Below are positions 10,358 through 19,731 of a stretch of DNA of 64,000 bases, in pieces. Origin of the DNA: Candidatus Nanohalarchaeota archaeon (GTDB lineage: Archaea > Nanohalarchaeota > Nanosalinia > Nanosalinales > Nanosalinaceae); assembly GCA_022729235.1 (NCBI GenBank), contig JALDAJ010000001.1:768001-832000 (forward strand), written 5' to 3'. The position numbers and the translations under genes are program-made. The notes under the pieces were generated by a model. That model did not search any database. It was given only the letters and a program-made list of their open reading frames with translations, and had not been told where the DNA came from. The number at the start of each line of letters is the position of its first letter. The stretch's first letter is position 1.

Positions 10358-12037
10358 TCACTTCATCGTGTACAGACCAAGTCCGAGCTTGAAGTCGTAG
10401 TAGTAATTGAACTTCATTTCGTCCCGGAGCTCCTGCATCAGACCTGGTTCATCAGGGATTTTGAACTTGTCAGTCTGACCTGTTACCGACCTGACTTTCT
10501 TTTCCAGGTCGCCATACATCTCATCGTCTTCGTCATTGTCTTTCCTCAGTTCGGCGTCCAGTACTTCTTCCATTATCTCAAGCACATCTTCATCATCGCC
10601 ACTGTACCGCTCATTTATCTCGTCCAGACTGTCGATTCCGTCTTCGATACGTCTTATCGTAGCTGAGAACTCTACCGGTATATCTCCGTCCGCCTCATCA
10701 GCTACTTTCTGGCGTAGCTTCTCGATTGATATGCCATCGCCGTCATCCGCTTCTTTCCTTGCTTTTTTTAGTTTCTCTGCGTCTTCAGGAGTTAGGCTTT
10801 CACCTTTGTACTCCTTGACAACCTGTTCCAGCTGGTTCTGCTGTCTTTCTATCTTTTGTTTGAAGAAGTTTTCGAAAACGTGTTTGCAAGTTATTATAGG
10901 GTGCAACGAGATCTGTGCGACCGAGGGACCCTGTGCTGGTGTCTGTGGTTGATCCCAGCCCGCCAGGTTGATGTGTAGTGCGGTGATGTATATCACGCGG
11001 TAATGGGTGGGGTCCTCATCGCCCGCGATTTTCATGATGCCGTGGTCGTTTACCATTCCCTTATAGGCAATGAACTCCAGTCGCCTGAACTGGGTTGCAG
11101 TGCCTTTGAATGTGAAGTAGGTGTTCATCTCGCCCTTGAGATCTTCCAGTCCTCCTTCGTTAATCATTAGCATGTCGCGTACGTAGGGTGCTAACCAGTC
11201 CTTTGTCTCATTGATTGAACGCTCGATGCTGCGGAGTTGCTGTTTAAGATCTTTCAACTTTCTCTGTATCTCACTCCCGTAAAGATCCTTCCATTTTTCA
11301 TACATCGCCCACTTCTTCTTCAGTATCGCCTTCTCGTTGTTAGGGACCTCATTCAGTCTCGGTCTGTCATATTTTGATTTTTCAGGGTCTTTCAGGTCAT
11401 CATGACCTCTCATCTCCTGGAAGTCTGCAACGATTGAAGGATAAATATTGTTGTCTCTGTAGAACTTGAGTGATGCCTCATCTCCCCCCTGTCCGCCGGC
11501 TGCCCCGGCACCATCAACCAGCTCTATGAAGTCTCCCTTGATTATGTTCTCGTCACCTGATCTCATGTTTTCTGCACGCGTCCTCAGCTTGCGGATGTCG
11601 TGCTCCAGCATGTGTTTCTGCTGGGTGAGGTTTGAGATATTTCTCATCGTCTCTCTGACATTCTGCTCTGACTGGTTCTTCCTCTGCATGTATTCTCCAT
11701 GGAGCTGGCTCTGCGGTGAAACAAATATTTTTTCCTCGGTTTTCTTGACTGTGTAGTCAAGGTCTTCGTCCCATTTATCCGCTGCATCCAGCGCCGCTGC
11801 CCGTGGAAATCCCTGGCTATCTGACTGAACCTTTACAGTCTTCCAGGGCTCTCCGACTAGGGCGTCTATTCCTTTATTCTCATTTTTCAGTTCATTCAGG
11901 TCTCCTATAGTACCGTCAACTATTTTTTTGTGTACTTCCGGGTCTACCCCGCCCGCGGATACATCTCCCCTGTCTTCGTGTGTGTTAGTAAGGAGGACGT
12001 GCCCGAACTTGCATGTTTTGTCTCCGTCGTGGCTCAC
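10358..12037 (-). CDS. hypothetical protein with coiled coils
   Basis: 559-aa acidic ORF with heptad segments; 4 nt from the next gene. Confidence 0.8.
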   Translation of the reverse strand: MSHDGDKTCKFGHVLLTNTHEDRGDVSAGGVDPEVHKKIVDGTIGDLNELKNENKGIDALVGEPWKTVKVQSDSQGFPRAAALDAADKWDEDLDYTVKKTEEKIFVSPQSQLHGEYMQRKNQSEQNVRETMRNISNLTQQKHMLEHDIRKLRTRAENMRSGDENIIKGDFIELVDGAGAAGGQGGDEASLKFYRDNNIYPSIVADFQEMRGHDDLKDPEKSKYDRPRLNEVPNNEKAILKKKWAMYEKWKDLYGSEIQRKLKDLKQQLRSIERSINETKDWLAPYVRDMLMINEGGLEDLKGEMNTYFTFKGTATQFRRLEFIAYKGMVNDHGIMKIAGDEDPTHYRVIYITALHINLAGWDQPQTPAQGPSVAQISLHPIITCKHVFENFFKQKIERQQNQLEQVVKEYKGESLTPEDAEKLKKARKEADDGDGISIEKLRQKVADEADGDIPVEFSATIRRIEDGIDSLDEINERYSGDDEDVLEIMEEVLDAELRKDNDEDDEMYGDLEKKVRSVTGQTDKFKIPDEPGLMQELRDEMKFNYYYDFKLGLGLYTMK

Positions 12038-12117
12038 GCCTGTTAATTAGTGGCGACTGTACTTAAAATCAAATCTTGGGGGAAACTTTAATCAACCGTC
12101 CTCGTATAAAACCTTTT

Positions 12118-12810
12118 ATGAGTGTTTTCGATAGTTTGAAGGACTCTTTACCGGGTTCAGGCTCATCCAGTTCATCAGGCTCCCGGTCAGGAGACAGTGA
12201 TTTTGATTCCGATTTCGGATCGGACTTTGACAGCCCTGATTTTGATGACTCCTTCCAGGATAACTCTCCGAGGTCAGGGCAGAATGATCTTGGTCTAGAC
12301 CAGGGAGATACCGGACAGACAGGGTTTGATGGTCCTGGTGGTCAGGGAGAGGGTCTTGACAGTCAGTCGCCTGTTACAGGTCAAGACGGTAGAGGAAGTC
12401 CTGGTGAGCAACAACGGAGTAATCCTCAGCAGAATACTCGTGGTCAGTCCCGGCGGGGTACGCCGTCACAGTCTCGAACTGGACAGCAGAGGGCTAAAGA
12501 TAATCCGTCTCAGACATCTCGTCCGCAGGAGAACCGGTCGCGTAACACACCTCATGACTCTCCTAATCCACAGACGGGAAGACCTCAGAGAGGTAGTGCG
12601 GAGCCACAGCTAAGCAGGCAAACCGAGAAGAAGATGGAGAACGCGGGACTGAAGGATTCGCAGGATCAGTCGGTGGCGGAGCGCAGTGATGAGTTCCAGG
12701 AGTTGAAGAGGCAGAACGAGCAGATAATAGAGCTCCTGAAGAGGATAAACGATAACCTGGAGATGTCCGGGACAGGTCAGTCGGGTGGACGCCACGGCGG
12801 ACGCAGATAA
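12118..12810 (+). CDS. low-complexity S/G/Q/R/D-rich protein with a short C-terminal coiled coil
   Basis: ATG at 12118 after TATAAAA; C-terminal ELKRQNEQIIELLKRI helix. Confidence 0.7.
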   Translation: MSVFDSLKDSLPGSGSSSSSGSRSGDSDFDSDFGSDFDSPDFDDSFQDNSPRSGQNDLGLDQGDTGQTGFDGPGGQGEGLDSQSPVTGQDGRGSPGEQQRSNPQQNTRGQSRRGTPSQSRTGQQRAKDNPSQTSRPQENRSRNTPHDSPNPQTGRPQRGSAEPQLSRQTEKKMENAGLKDSQDQSVAERSDEFQELKRQNEQIIELLKRINDNLEMSGTGQSGGRHGGRR

Positions 12811-12835
12811 AAAACTTGTACGGTGATTTTTACCT

Positions 12836-12997
12836 ATGGATGTAGAGGCAGAACTTCCAGATAATTTTGATAAACTGTCTTCACAGGAAAAAGTAAATGA
12901 ACTAGAATCATTGAGAGACAGGATAGACGACAGTGATGATGCCGGTGCTGTAAAGAAGCGTATAGTTGAAGAACTTATCAGAAACTATTCTCGCTAG
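12836..12997 (+). CDS. small acidic protein (53 aa), absent from the ORF track
   Basis: GGTGA SD; MDVEAELPDNFDKLSSQEKV...IRNYSR*. Confidence 0.65.
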   Translation: MDVEAELPDNFDKLSSQEKVNELESLRDRIDDSDDAGAVKKRIVEELIRNYSR

Positions 12998-13058
12998 CGG
13001 AATTACTGGAACACTCTTCGCTTGTTTATAAAGGAGGCGTTGAGAACTTTCTTTCGCG

Positions 13059-13190
13059 ATGGTATCAACAGAATATATTTCGCTCGAGGACTTTCAACAG
13101 GAGGAGACGCTCTGGAACGAACTGGGTGTACGCAGTCTTTCCTTGCAGGAGGACTGCTCTGAACAGGAATCAAAGCAGATTCCTGTGTAA
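13059..13190 (+). CDS. small acidic protein (43 aa), probably leaderless
   Basis: TTTATAAA at 13025-13032; MVSTEYISLEDFQQEETLWNELG...QIPV*. Confidence 0.55.
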   Translation: MVSTEYISLEDFQQEETLWNELGVRSLSLQEDCSEQESKQIPV

Positions 13191-13196
13191 GAGAGG

Positions 13197-13514
13197 TTAG
13201 CCTTGCATAAAGCTCATCAGGGTAAATACTCCTTTCAGGAAGAGGGCTCCAGCTATCCATTCCTTATATCCTGCGAGTACAGGAGGGTTGCCGGTGAAGA
13301 GGATGGCGGCGGATAAGACATCCGCCGCTCCTCCTAACACGTATACAGGCAGAGGCATTCTGGGCGCAGGAAATATGTCGATTAGACCTTTGAAAATTAG
13401 GAACCCTGCATGTCCCTGCGCCATTATGGCAGGTATCGGGGCAATAGTAAACCACAGTAGTGCTCCGGATAGCAGGTCTAGAAGCCCTAGAGGGGAGGGA
13501 TTTATCTTAGCCAT
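13197..13514 (-). CDS. hypothetical membrane protein
   Basis: Hydrophobic 105 aa with an internal two-fold repeat (D.LS.A.L ... FLKG); follows the NYN gene by 4 nt. Confidence 0.75.
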   Translation of the reverse strand: MAKINPSPLGLLDLLSGALLWFTIAPIPAIMAQGHAGFLIFKGLIDIFPAPRMPLPVYVLGGAADVLSAAILFTGNPPVLAGYKEWIAGALFLKGVFTLMSFMQG

Positions 13515-13518
13515 ATTC

Positions 13519-13983
13519 TCACTCTAGCTCTATTACCTGGTCAGCCGCGTTCTTAAGTGCGGTCGAGAAGCCGGGACTCATCCCGATTATTACTGTTTCC
13601 TTGCCGTGCTCCTTCGCTTTCTGGATGACAGGGAGGAAGTCCGTGTCCCGGGTCACGAGGACGATTATATCTATCGAGTCGTTGAAGACAGCTTCCATCG
13701 CGTTCACGGCCATGTACACATCGACATCACTGTCTTTGTCTTTTTCTCCACCTAGTCCGAGTGCGGCTTCGAAGCCCTGTGAGACTATCGCCTCGATGAG
13801 TTTTTCGGAGGCGTACTGGTTGAGGAAGACTTTGCCGACTTTGATGTTCCCGAGTTCGCCTATCTCCTCTCTCAGGTAGTCGAGGTCCAGGTCGAATTCT
13901 TTTCTTATGATATTTGGTCCATCGACGAAAACCGCGATGTTGGGTTCCCCACTGACTCTTTCCTTGAACTTTTCCAGTACCAT
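13519..13983 (-). CDS. NYN domain protein (TIGR00288-like)
   Basis: [25 protein letters not shown] motifs. Confidence 0.9.
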   Translation of the reverse strand: MVLEKFKERVSGEPNIAVFVDGPNIIRKEFDLDLDYLREEIGELGNIKVGKVFLNQYASEKLIEAIVSQGFEAALGLGGEKDKDSDVDVYMAVNAMEAVFNDSIDIIVLVTRDTDFLPVIQKAKEHGKETVIIGMSPGFSTALKNAADQVIELE

Positions 13984-14018
13984 GTAACAGGAATTATGCC
14001 GAAGCTATAAACAAGTAA

Positions 14019-14762
14019 TCATCTACCGAATAACTCCTTCGCGTTCCGGGTCGTGGCGTCCACCACTTCTTCTACACCTGTATTTTTGATCTCGGCAATT
14101 CTCTCCGCGCTTTCTATGACGTTTATAGGTTCGTTTCTCTCTCCCTGGTACAGGAAAGGAGAGTCGGTCTCAAGTAGCATGTCTTCTGTATTTATTGCCT
14201 CCACTATTTCTTGTACCTGGCTGGAATACAGGACCTGTGTTGTCACGCCGATTTTCATACCGTTCTCGACTGCGTCCCTTGCAAGCCTGGGAGAACCGTT
14301 GAAGCAGTGGAGCATCACCTGGGGGATGTCGTATTCCTTAAGAATATCGACTGCCTTTTCCTCCGCATCACGGGAATGCACGACTACTGGAAGCTCCAGT
14401 TCCTCTGCAAGCTCCAGCATCTCGCGGAAAATTTCTTCCTGTCTATCCCTCAGTTCGCTGTCGGTGACATGGTGGTAGTCCAGTCCTATCTCTCCTACTG
14501 CTGCCGGTTTATTCTCCCGGATTTGTTGTTTTACTTCTTCAAGCTGGTTGAAGCTGTCTGTGTATACAGGGTGTAGTCCGAGGTTGGATACCGCGATTTC
14601 AGGGTATTTCTTTTCAAGCTGTATAGCTGACTGGTTATGCTCGACGTTACTGCCGGCAGTTACTACGAATTCCAGCTTTTCCCGGCAATTTTCTATCACT
14701 TCGTCCCTGTCAGAATCGAACTGTTCAAAGTCAAGGTGGCAGTGGCTGTCAACGGGTTTCAT
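14019..14762 (-). CDS. tatD: TatD family hydrolase
   Basis: DSHCHL, GLHP, GEIGLDY, VHSR, HCF, ETDSP. Confidence 0.93.
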   Translation of the reverse strand: MKPVDSHCHLDFEQFDSDRDEVIENCREKLEFVVTAGSNVEHNQSAIQLEKKYPEIAVSNLGLHPVYTDSFNQLEEVKQQIRENKPAAVGEIGLDYHHVTDSELRDRQEEIFREMLELAEELELPVVVHSRDAEEKAVDILKEYDIPQVMLHCFNGSPRLARDAVENGMKIGVTTQVLYSSQVQEIVEAINTEDMLLETDSPFLYQGERNEPINVIESAERIAEIKNTGVEEVVDATTRNAKELFGR

Positions 14763-14799
14763 GGTTAGAAGGTGTAGAGGCATACCTTTAAAACTCGTA

Positions 14800-14852
14800 T
14801 GTATTACAAAATCTGTCTTATATTGTTTATATCAGATATTTGTATTACAAAA
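14800..14852. promoter_or_regulatory. direct repeat TGTATTACAAAA x2, putative operator
   Basis: Identical 12-mers at 14800 and 14841 with a quasi-palindromic TGTA-T-TACA core in a divergent intergenic region. Confidence 0.4.
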
Positions 14853-15063
14853 AATGGCGGAGCTCTCATTTTTTCTTTCATTTGGTCCAGGTGTAAGAGA
14901 TAAAACCTCTCCTGATATCCTGTTTTAATTACGTATAGAAGATGCATTCTTGCGTTTTAAGGTGTTTAGAAAGGTTTTCTCCCGTTTCAGGTAGGATGAA
15001 GCTCTAGCAGTTAGTTTTTTAGTAGAGTCTTCCAAAATGACCTGTAAAGGGGGTGAAGGAAAC

Positions 15064-15375
15064 ATGGTTCTAGGACTTGAACTGACTGCAGGACTAGTTG
15101 GCTTTGGAACTGCTATCACTCTGACAGGTCTCGCTGTACTGTGGAACTACAGCTCTCTGCCAGAAGTAAGGTGGTCAGAGATTACCGCAGGAGTGATGGC
15201 GTTCGTTGCCGGTGCAGGACTCGAAGTTCTTGCAGGCGGTGACGCGCTAGGAGTCTGGACGGCAGTAGTGGCGCTTGACCAGCTGGTAGCAGCGCTTTAC
15301 GTTGCTGGTGGACTGCTGGTTCTTGTAGGTGGTCTGGTCAACAGCTTCCAGCTCCTGCAGAGACAGTATGGTTAG
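15064..15375 (+). CDS. hypothetical membrane protein (3 TM)
   Basis: GGGGTGA SD; three hydrophobic segments. Confidence 0.75.
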   Translation: MVLGLELTAGLVGFGTAITLTGLAVLWNYSSLPEVRWSEITAGVMAFVAGAGLEVLAGGDALGVWTAVVALDQLVAALYVAGGLLVLVGGLVNSFQLLQRQYG

Positions 15376-15413
15376 TGATTCTCCAATCTTCTTCTCTTTT
15401 CTTTTTCTCGTCC

Positions 15414-15608
15414 TTACACTAGGAGATTCTCAAGTTTTTCCTCGACTTGGTCAACATCTCCTCTGTTCAGCATCCGTTGCATCTGAGCCGCGTCTTTATC
15501 GCTCACGTGTTTGGAGCCGACAACCTGCTCATAGAAACCTTCTGTATCTCCTGAAGAACCATTTCTCAAGTAGTTTTCTCTCACGTACTCTAGATGTTCT
15601 TTGCTCAT
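15414..15608 (-). CDS. hypothetical small protein
   Basis: 64-aa acidic ORF with ATG start filling the gap. Confidence 0.55.
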   Translation of the reverse strand: MSKEHLEYVRENYLRNGSSGDTEGFYEQVVGSKHVSDKDAAQMQRMLNRGDVDQVEEKLENLLV

Positions 15609-15666
15609 ATTATCCGGAAAAAGATTTAGAATAAAAAGTTAAATTAGTTGTACTTCAGCACAACAT

Positions 15667-16251
15667 CTACCGCTTCTCTTTATCCAGCCGTGACCCTGTG
15701 GCGCCGGTCTGACCCATGTACTTGGTGTCCTTCTTGGAGCCGTACGGCGTCTCAGCTTCCGAGGTCATGGTCTCGAACACTACCTGGCATACCCTGTCTT
15801 CCGGGTAAAGCTTCACGGGGGCGTTTCCGAGGTTCTGCATTTCGAGCGTTATATCACCCTCAAAACCAGGGTCGATGTATCCTGCGGTCGCGTGGACGAT
15901 GATTCCCAGTCTGCCGTAGGATGAGCGTCCTTCGACCCTCGCGACTAGGTTGTCAGGGACGTTAAGTGTTTCCAGTGTGCTTCCAAGCAGGAACTCTCCA
16001 GGGTGGATGACTACGCCTTCTTCTGCAGAGTGTCTCTCGCCGTTTATGAAGTCGCCGTATTTTTCCATGTTCTTGGTGTCTATCATCTCCAGTTTCCTGT
16101 TGTTCAGAACACCGAACTCATATCCCAGCCTTAAATCGAACGAGGAAGGTCCAAGCTGAAGTCCGAGGTCGATTTCAGGTCCTTTTTCGACATAGATAGC
16201 GTCTTTCTCCTGTACAAGTTCTTTCAGGTCCCTGTCGGACAGTATAGCCAT
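15667..16251 (-). CDS. dcd: dCTP deaminase
   Basis: ILSDRD, EGRSSYGRLG, HATAGYIDPGFEG, KYMGQ. Confidence 0.95.
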   Translation of the reverse strand: MAILSDRDLKELVQEKDAIYVEKGPEIDLGLQLGPSSFDLRLGYEFGVLNNRKLEMIDTKNMEKYGDFINGERHSAEEGVVIHPGEFLLGSTLETLNVPDNLVARVEGRSSYGRLGIIVHATAGYIDPGFEGDITLEMQNLGNAPVKLYPEDRVCQVVFETMTSEAETPYGSKKDTKYMGQTGATGSRLDKEKR

Positions 16252-16303
16252 AACTTTTTCTCGGGCTTGTAGTCTTTTATTCCTTCATGCTAAAACAAGG
16301 GTC

Positions 16304-17758
16304 ATGAGGAAGCTTCTGTTCCTGTTATCGCTCTTATTCCTTGCTACAGCTGTTTCGGGACAGGTACAGTACCAGGTCGATACTGATGAGGAAAAAATAC
16401 TGAAGAATACCACGGTCAAGCTGGACTGCTCGAATACCTGTCCCGGGCTGAGCTGGTCTCTGTCCTCTGGAGAGAAAGTCCTGCACGTGAGAGACGGTCA
16501 GGGAGAGATATCGGATTATGATGTCAACGGTGACGAGCTGGATATACCCGGAAGGCGTTTTGCAAGGCAGGAGGAACGTGTCTTGGAGATAAGGACTCGT
16601 ATAGACAGGGAGGCTGAGGAGATACATGAGGGACTGTATAAGAGAACAGTGCAGTTTTCGGGTTTCCCGGATGAGGAGACTTCCGGGATGATAAAGTCTC
16701 CGAAGTTGCTTTCTGGGAGGGTAGGTTTCGGATTCGACATGTCTTTTGAGGACAGAGAGATGAGGTTCCAGGGAGAAGGCCCGGTCAATGTCCGTTTAAA
16801 ATCTGGTGAGGGATATGATACCCGTTACTTCTCATTCTTCGGAGATAGACCTGGTGATACGGAAATGGCTTATGAGGTACCTGTAGGTACCACTGGTCTT
16901 GTCCAGGATTTCGAAAGGTTTCCGGTTGCAGTACACACTGACGAGAGCTATGATTTAAACATTAATGACTGGAGTTCGGGTGAGTACGTTGCGGGTTCCA
17001 TACAGATACGGGATCAAGAGAGTTTGGGAGGTAAGTTTCTTCCTGTTCTTGCACATGAGGTCGTCCACGGTCTCAATGATAGAGAGTTGACCTGGGATCA
17101 GACGAGTTCAAGTTATTTCGATGAAGGTACCGCAACCTATGTAGAGTTCCTCATGGAGAAAAAGCTTTACAGAGAAGGTGAAAGGGACCGGCCGCCTAGA
17201 GAGCTTTTCGGTGATGCAGTAAGGTACCGCGAGGGAAGACACGTTTACAGGGTACCGCCTAGAGGCGACAGTGACCAGCTCTGGAATTACTACCAGGACG
17301 AACAGGACTTTATGAAGTATTGGAACGCGCACGACAGTGAGGGAGACACTCGAAGTTTCGGATATGCTTACTCGCAGCTGATAATCAGGAACTACATATC
17401 CAGGATGAACGGCTCTCTCCAGGATTTTTATCGGGAGCTCGAAGTCGATCAAAAGGTCGAGGACCCTGAAGTAAAGTGGGAGATATATTCCGGGCACCTG
17501 GATATGACTCCGTGCGACTATGATTCGCGGGGAAAATTTGAAGGATGCCTGGAGGAGATCAACGATTACGACTACCCTGTTTACTCCGCGGAGCCTGACA
17601 GGGATACGAAGCAGTTGGAAATCGAGAGACTGGAGGTTCCGGAGCTTGAAAAACCTTCTGTATCACAGGTATCTGAGGGAGAGGTAACTTTGACGGAGTT
17701 TGTAAAAGGTTTCATAGACTATATAGTCATGGAACTAAGTTCTTTTTTCAAGCTCTAG
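16304..17758 (+). CDS. secreted gluzincin-type metallopeptidase
   Basis: Signal peptide; HEVVH followed by FDEG third-ligand motif; downstream GYAYS. Confidence 0.7.
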   Translation: MRKLLFLLSLLFLATAVSGQVQYQVDTDEEKILKNTTVKLDCSNTCPGLSWSLSSGEKVLHVRDGQGEISDYDVNGDELDIPGRRFARQEERVLEIRTRIDREAEEIHEGLYKRTVQFSGFPDEETSGMIKSPKLLSGRVGFGFDMSFEDREMRFQGEGPVNVRLKSGEGYDTRYFSFFGDRPGDTEMAYEVPVGTTGLVQDFERFPVAVHTDESYDLNINDWSSGEYVAGSIQIRDQESLGGKFLPVLAHEVVHGLNDRELTWDQTSSSYFDEGTATYVEFLMEKKLYREGERDRPPRELFGDAVRYREGRHVYRVPPRGDSDQLWNYYQDEQDFMKYWNAHDSEGDTRSFGYAYSQLIIRNYISRMNGSLQDFYRELEVDQKVEDPEVKWEIYSGHLDMTPCDYDSRGKFEGCLEEINDYDYPVYSAEPDRDTKQLEIERLEVPELEKPSVSQVSEGEVTLTEFVKGFIDYIVMELSSFFKL

Positions 17759-18109
17759 CAGCTTCTGTTTAAGCCCCGGATATTGGTAACCGCCGATACC
17801 ATCGCTTGCAACTATTCTGTGGCAGGGAACTATAACCGGTACAGGGTTTCTGGAGCATGCGCTCCCGACCGCGATAGCAGAACTATCGATTTCCTCGGCG
17901 ATTTCTCCGTAAGTCCTGGTCTGGCTGTAAGGGATTTTCTGCATCTCTTTCATCACTTCGCCGGTGAAATTATCTGGAAAACTTACCTTGATATCAAGAC
18001 TTTTCTCCCCTTCCATGTAGCGGTCAAGACGTTCCCTGATTTCTGCCTCGCCCGCATCTACCAGCGACTCGTCTATCTCTACTGTTGTCCCATATATCTC
18101 GTATTTCAT
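17735..18109 (-). CDS. ogt: methylated-DNA--protein-cysteine methyltransferase
   Basis: TYGEIA, AVGSAC..NP, PCHR active site. Confidence 0.92.
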   Translation of the reverse strand: MKYEIYGTTVEIDESLVDAGEAEIRERLDRYMEGEKSLDIKVSFPDNFTGEVMKEMQKIPYSQTRTYGEIAEEIDSSAIAVGSACSRNPVPVIVPCHRIVASDGIGGYQYPGLKQKLLELEKRT

Positions 18110-18161
18110 GCTTTGGGCGGTCGCTGTAGTTTAATTAAGCTGACTGCGAAAAAGAACGTAG

Positions 18162-19112
18162 ATGGACTGGAAGCGATACGAGAAGTGGCTAATAGTATAC
18201 CTGAAGGGATTCGCGATGGGGTGTGCGGACGCCGTTCCCGGTGTTTCTGGCGGGACGATAGCCCTTATTGTCGGCATATATGAGAGACTTATCACTGCGA
18301 TAACTTCTATCGACATAGAAAAAATTGTTGCTGTTATGAAATGCGTTACCCCGTCCATGTTTCCTGAAGCCAAGGAGGCATTCCTCGACATGGACGGACC
18401 ATTCCTGCTGGTCCTGGGTCTGGGAATAATCACTGCGGTGGTGTCGATACTACGAATCATCTACTACCTGCTCTCGAATCATCCTGTACCAACTTACGGC
18501 TTCTTCTTCGGGCTCATCGCGGTTTCCGCGGTCATCCTTTACCGCGAGGTCGATCTGTCCACGTCTGGAAGAAAAGCTGCTGCGCTGGCCGGTTTCCTTA
18601 CAGCGTTCATAACCTCTGGATATGCTACCGCGGCGCTGGGACATGAACTGCCCGTCATATTCCTTGCAGGCATGGTAGCTGTAAGCGCGATGGTTCTGCC
18701 TGGTATCTCCGGCTCCCTGATCCTCATAATCCTGGGTCAGTACGAGTACATGTCAGGCGCACTATCCGAGTTCACGGACGCGATTGTCTCGGGTCTGGTC
18801 TCTGGAAACACTGTGCCTGTTATCGAAACAGGTCCGCCAGTAGTTGTGTTCATCACTGGAGCAGTTGTTGGGCTTTTCACAGTAGCCCATATAGTGCGTA
18901 GAGCGCTTGACACTTACCGGTACGCGACCATCGCTTTCCTGGTAAGCCTGGTCGCCGGTGCTCTCCGGGCGCCGGTAGAAGAGGTCAACAGGACACTTGT
19001 AGAACAGGGAGCAACATGGGCATCAGTTCTCCCCGAGTTCACGATAGCAGCACTTGCAGGCGGTCTTATGATATATCTGATTGATAGGAAGGCAGGAGTT
19101 ATAGAGTACTAG
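18162..19112 (+). CDS. DUF368 family membrane protein
   Basis: KGFAMGCADAVPGVSGGTIA and AMVLPGISGS repeats. Confidence 0.9.
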   Translation: MDWKRYEKWLIVYLKGFAMGCADAVPGVSGGTIALIVGIYERLITAITSIDIEKIVAVMKCVTPSMFPEAKEAFLDMDGPFLLVLGLGIITAVVSILRIIYYLLSNHPVPTYGFFFGLIAVSAVILYREVDLSTSGRKAAALAGFLTAFITSGYATAALGHELPVIFLAGMVAVSAMVLPGISGSLILIILGQYEYMSGALSEFTDAIVSGLVSGNTVPVIETGPPVVVFITGAVVGLFTVAHIVRRALDTYRYATIAFLVSLVAGALRAPVEEVNRTLVEQGATWASVLPEFTIAALAGGLMIYLIDRKAGVIEY

Positions 19113-19690
19113 TACTTTGATTCTCGCCTCCTTGCATTCTCCAGCGACTCCTGTATCTGCTCTTCCGCGTTCTTTTCCACGGCGTTATCGTGACCTGGAT
19201 AGAACGCGTCCACGCCCAGCTCTACTATCTTCTCTATCGACTCTATCAACAGGTCTCGGTCTCCTTCCTCAAGGTCCGTTCTGCCGAATGAGCCTGCAGG
19301 AAACAGCAGGTCGCCTGTGAAAAGTATCTTTTCTTCCGATGAGTACAGGCAGATAGAGTCGTCCTTGTGTCCGGGTGTGTGGATGACCTCGAACTCGATT
19401 CCTGCAATTTCCACAGTATTTTCCTCTGAAAGTTCTTCCGCATCGACAGGAAGGTTGTCAGGATTGTAGGCGTAAACCTTCGGACCGTATTTATCCACTA
19501 TCTTCGGCAGGTTATCGACATGGTCGTAGTGTGAATGTGTTATGACGACCTTGTCAACCGGTTCAAGTTTCCTGATTTCTTCCCAGGAGTCGCCTGTACC
19601 TGCATCGATCAAGACGGTCTCATCGTTCTCGATTAGCCAGACGTTGCCGGTGAATTCTTCGGCTTCTTCAGAAATGTTGGTGATTTCCAT
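19109..19690 (-). CDS. MBL-fold metallo-hydrolase (glyoxalase II-like)
   Basis: THSHYDH, HTPGH, FTGD, GRTDL, PGH. Confidence 0.9.
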   Translation of the reverse strand: MEITNISEEAEEFTGNVWLIENDETVLIDAGTGDSWEEIRKLEPVDKVVITHSHYDHVDNLPKIVDKYGPKVYAYNPDNLPVDAEELSEENTVEIAGIEFEVIHTPGHKDDSICLYSSEEKILFTGDLLFPAGSFGRTDLEEGDRDLLIESIEKIVELGVDAFYPGHDNAVEKNAEEQIQESLENARRRESKY

Positions 19691-19731
19691 GTGTCAAGAT
19701 TGTGGTGGCTGGGTTTATGCGTTACGGATTT

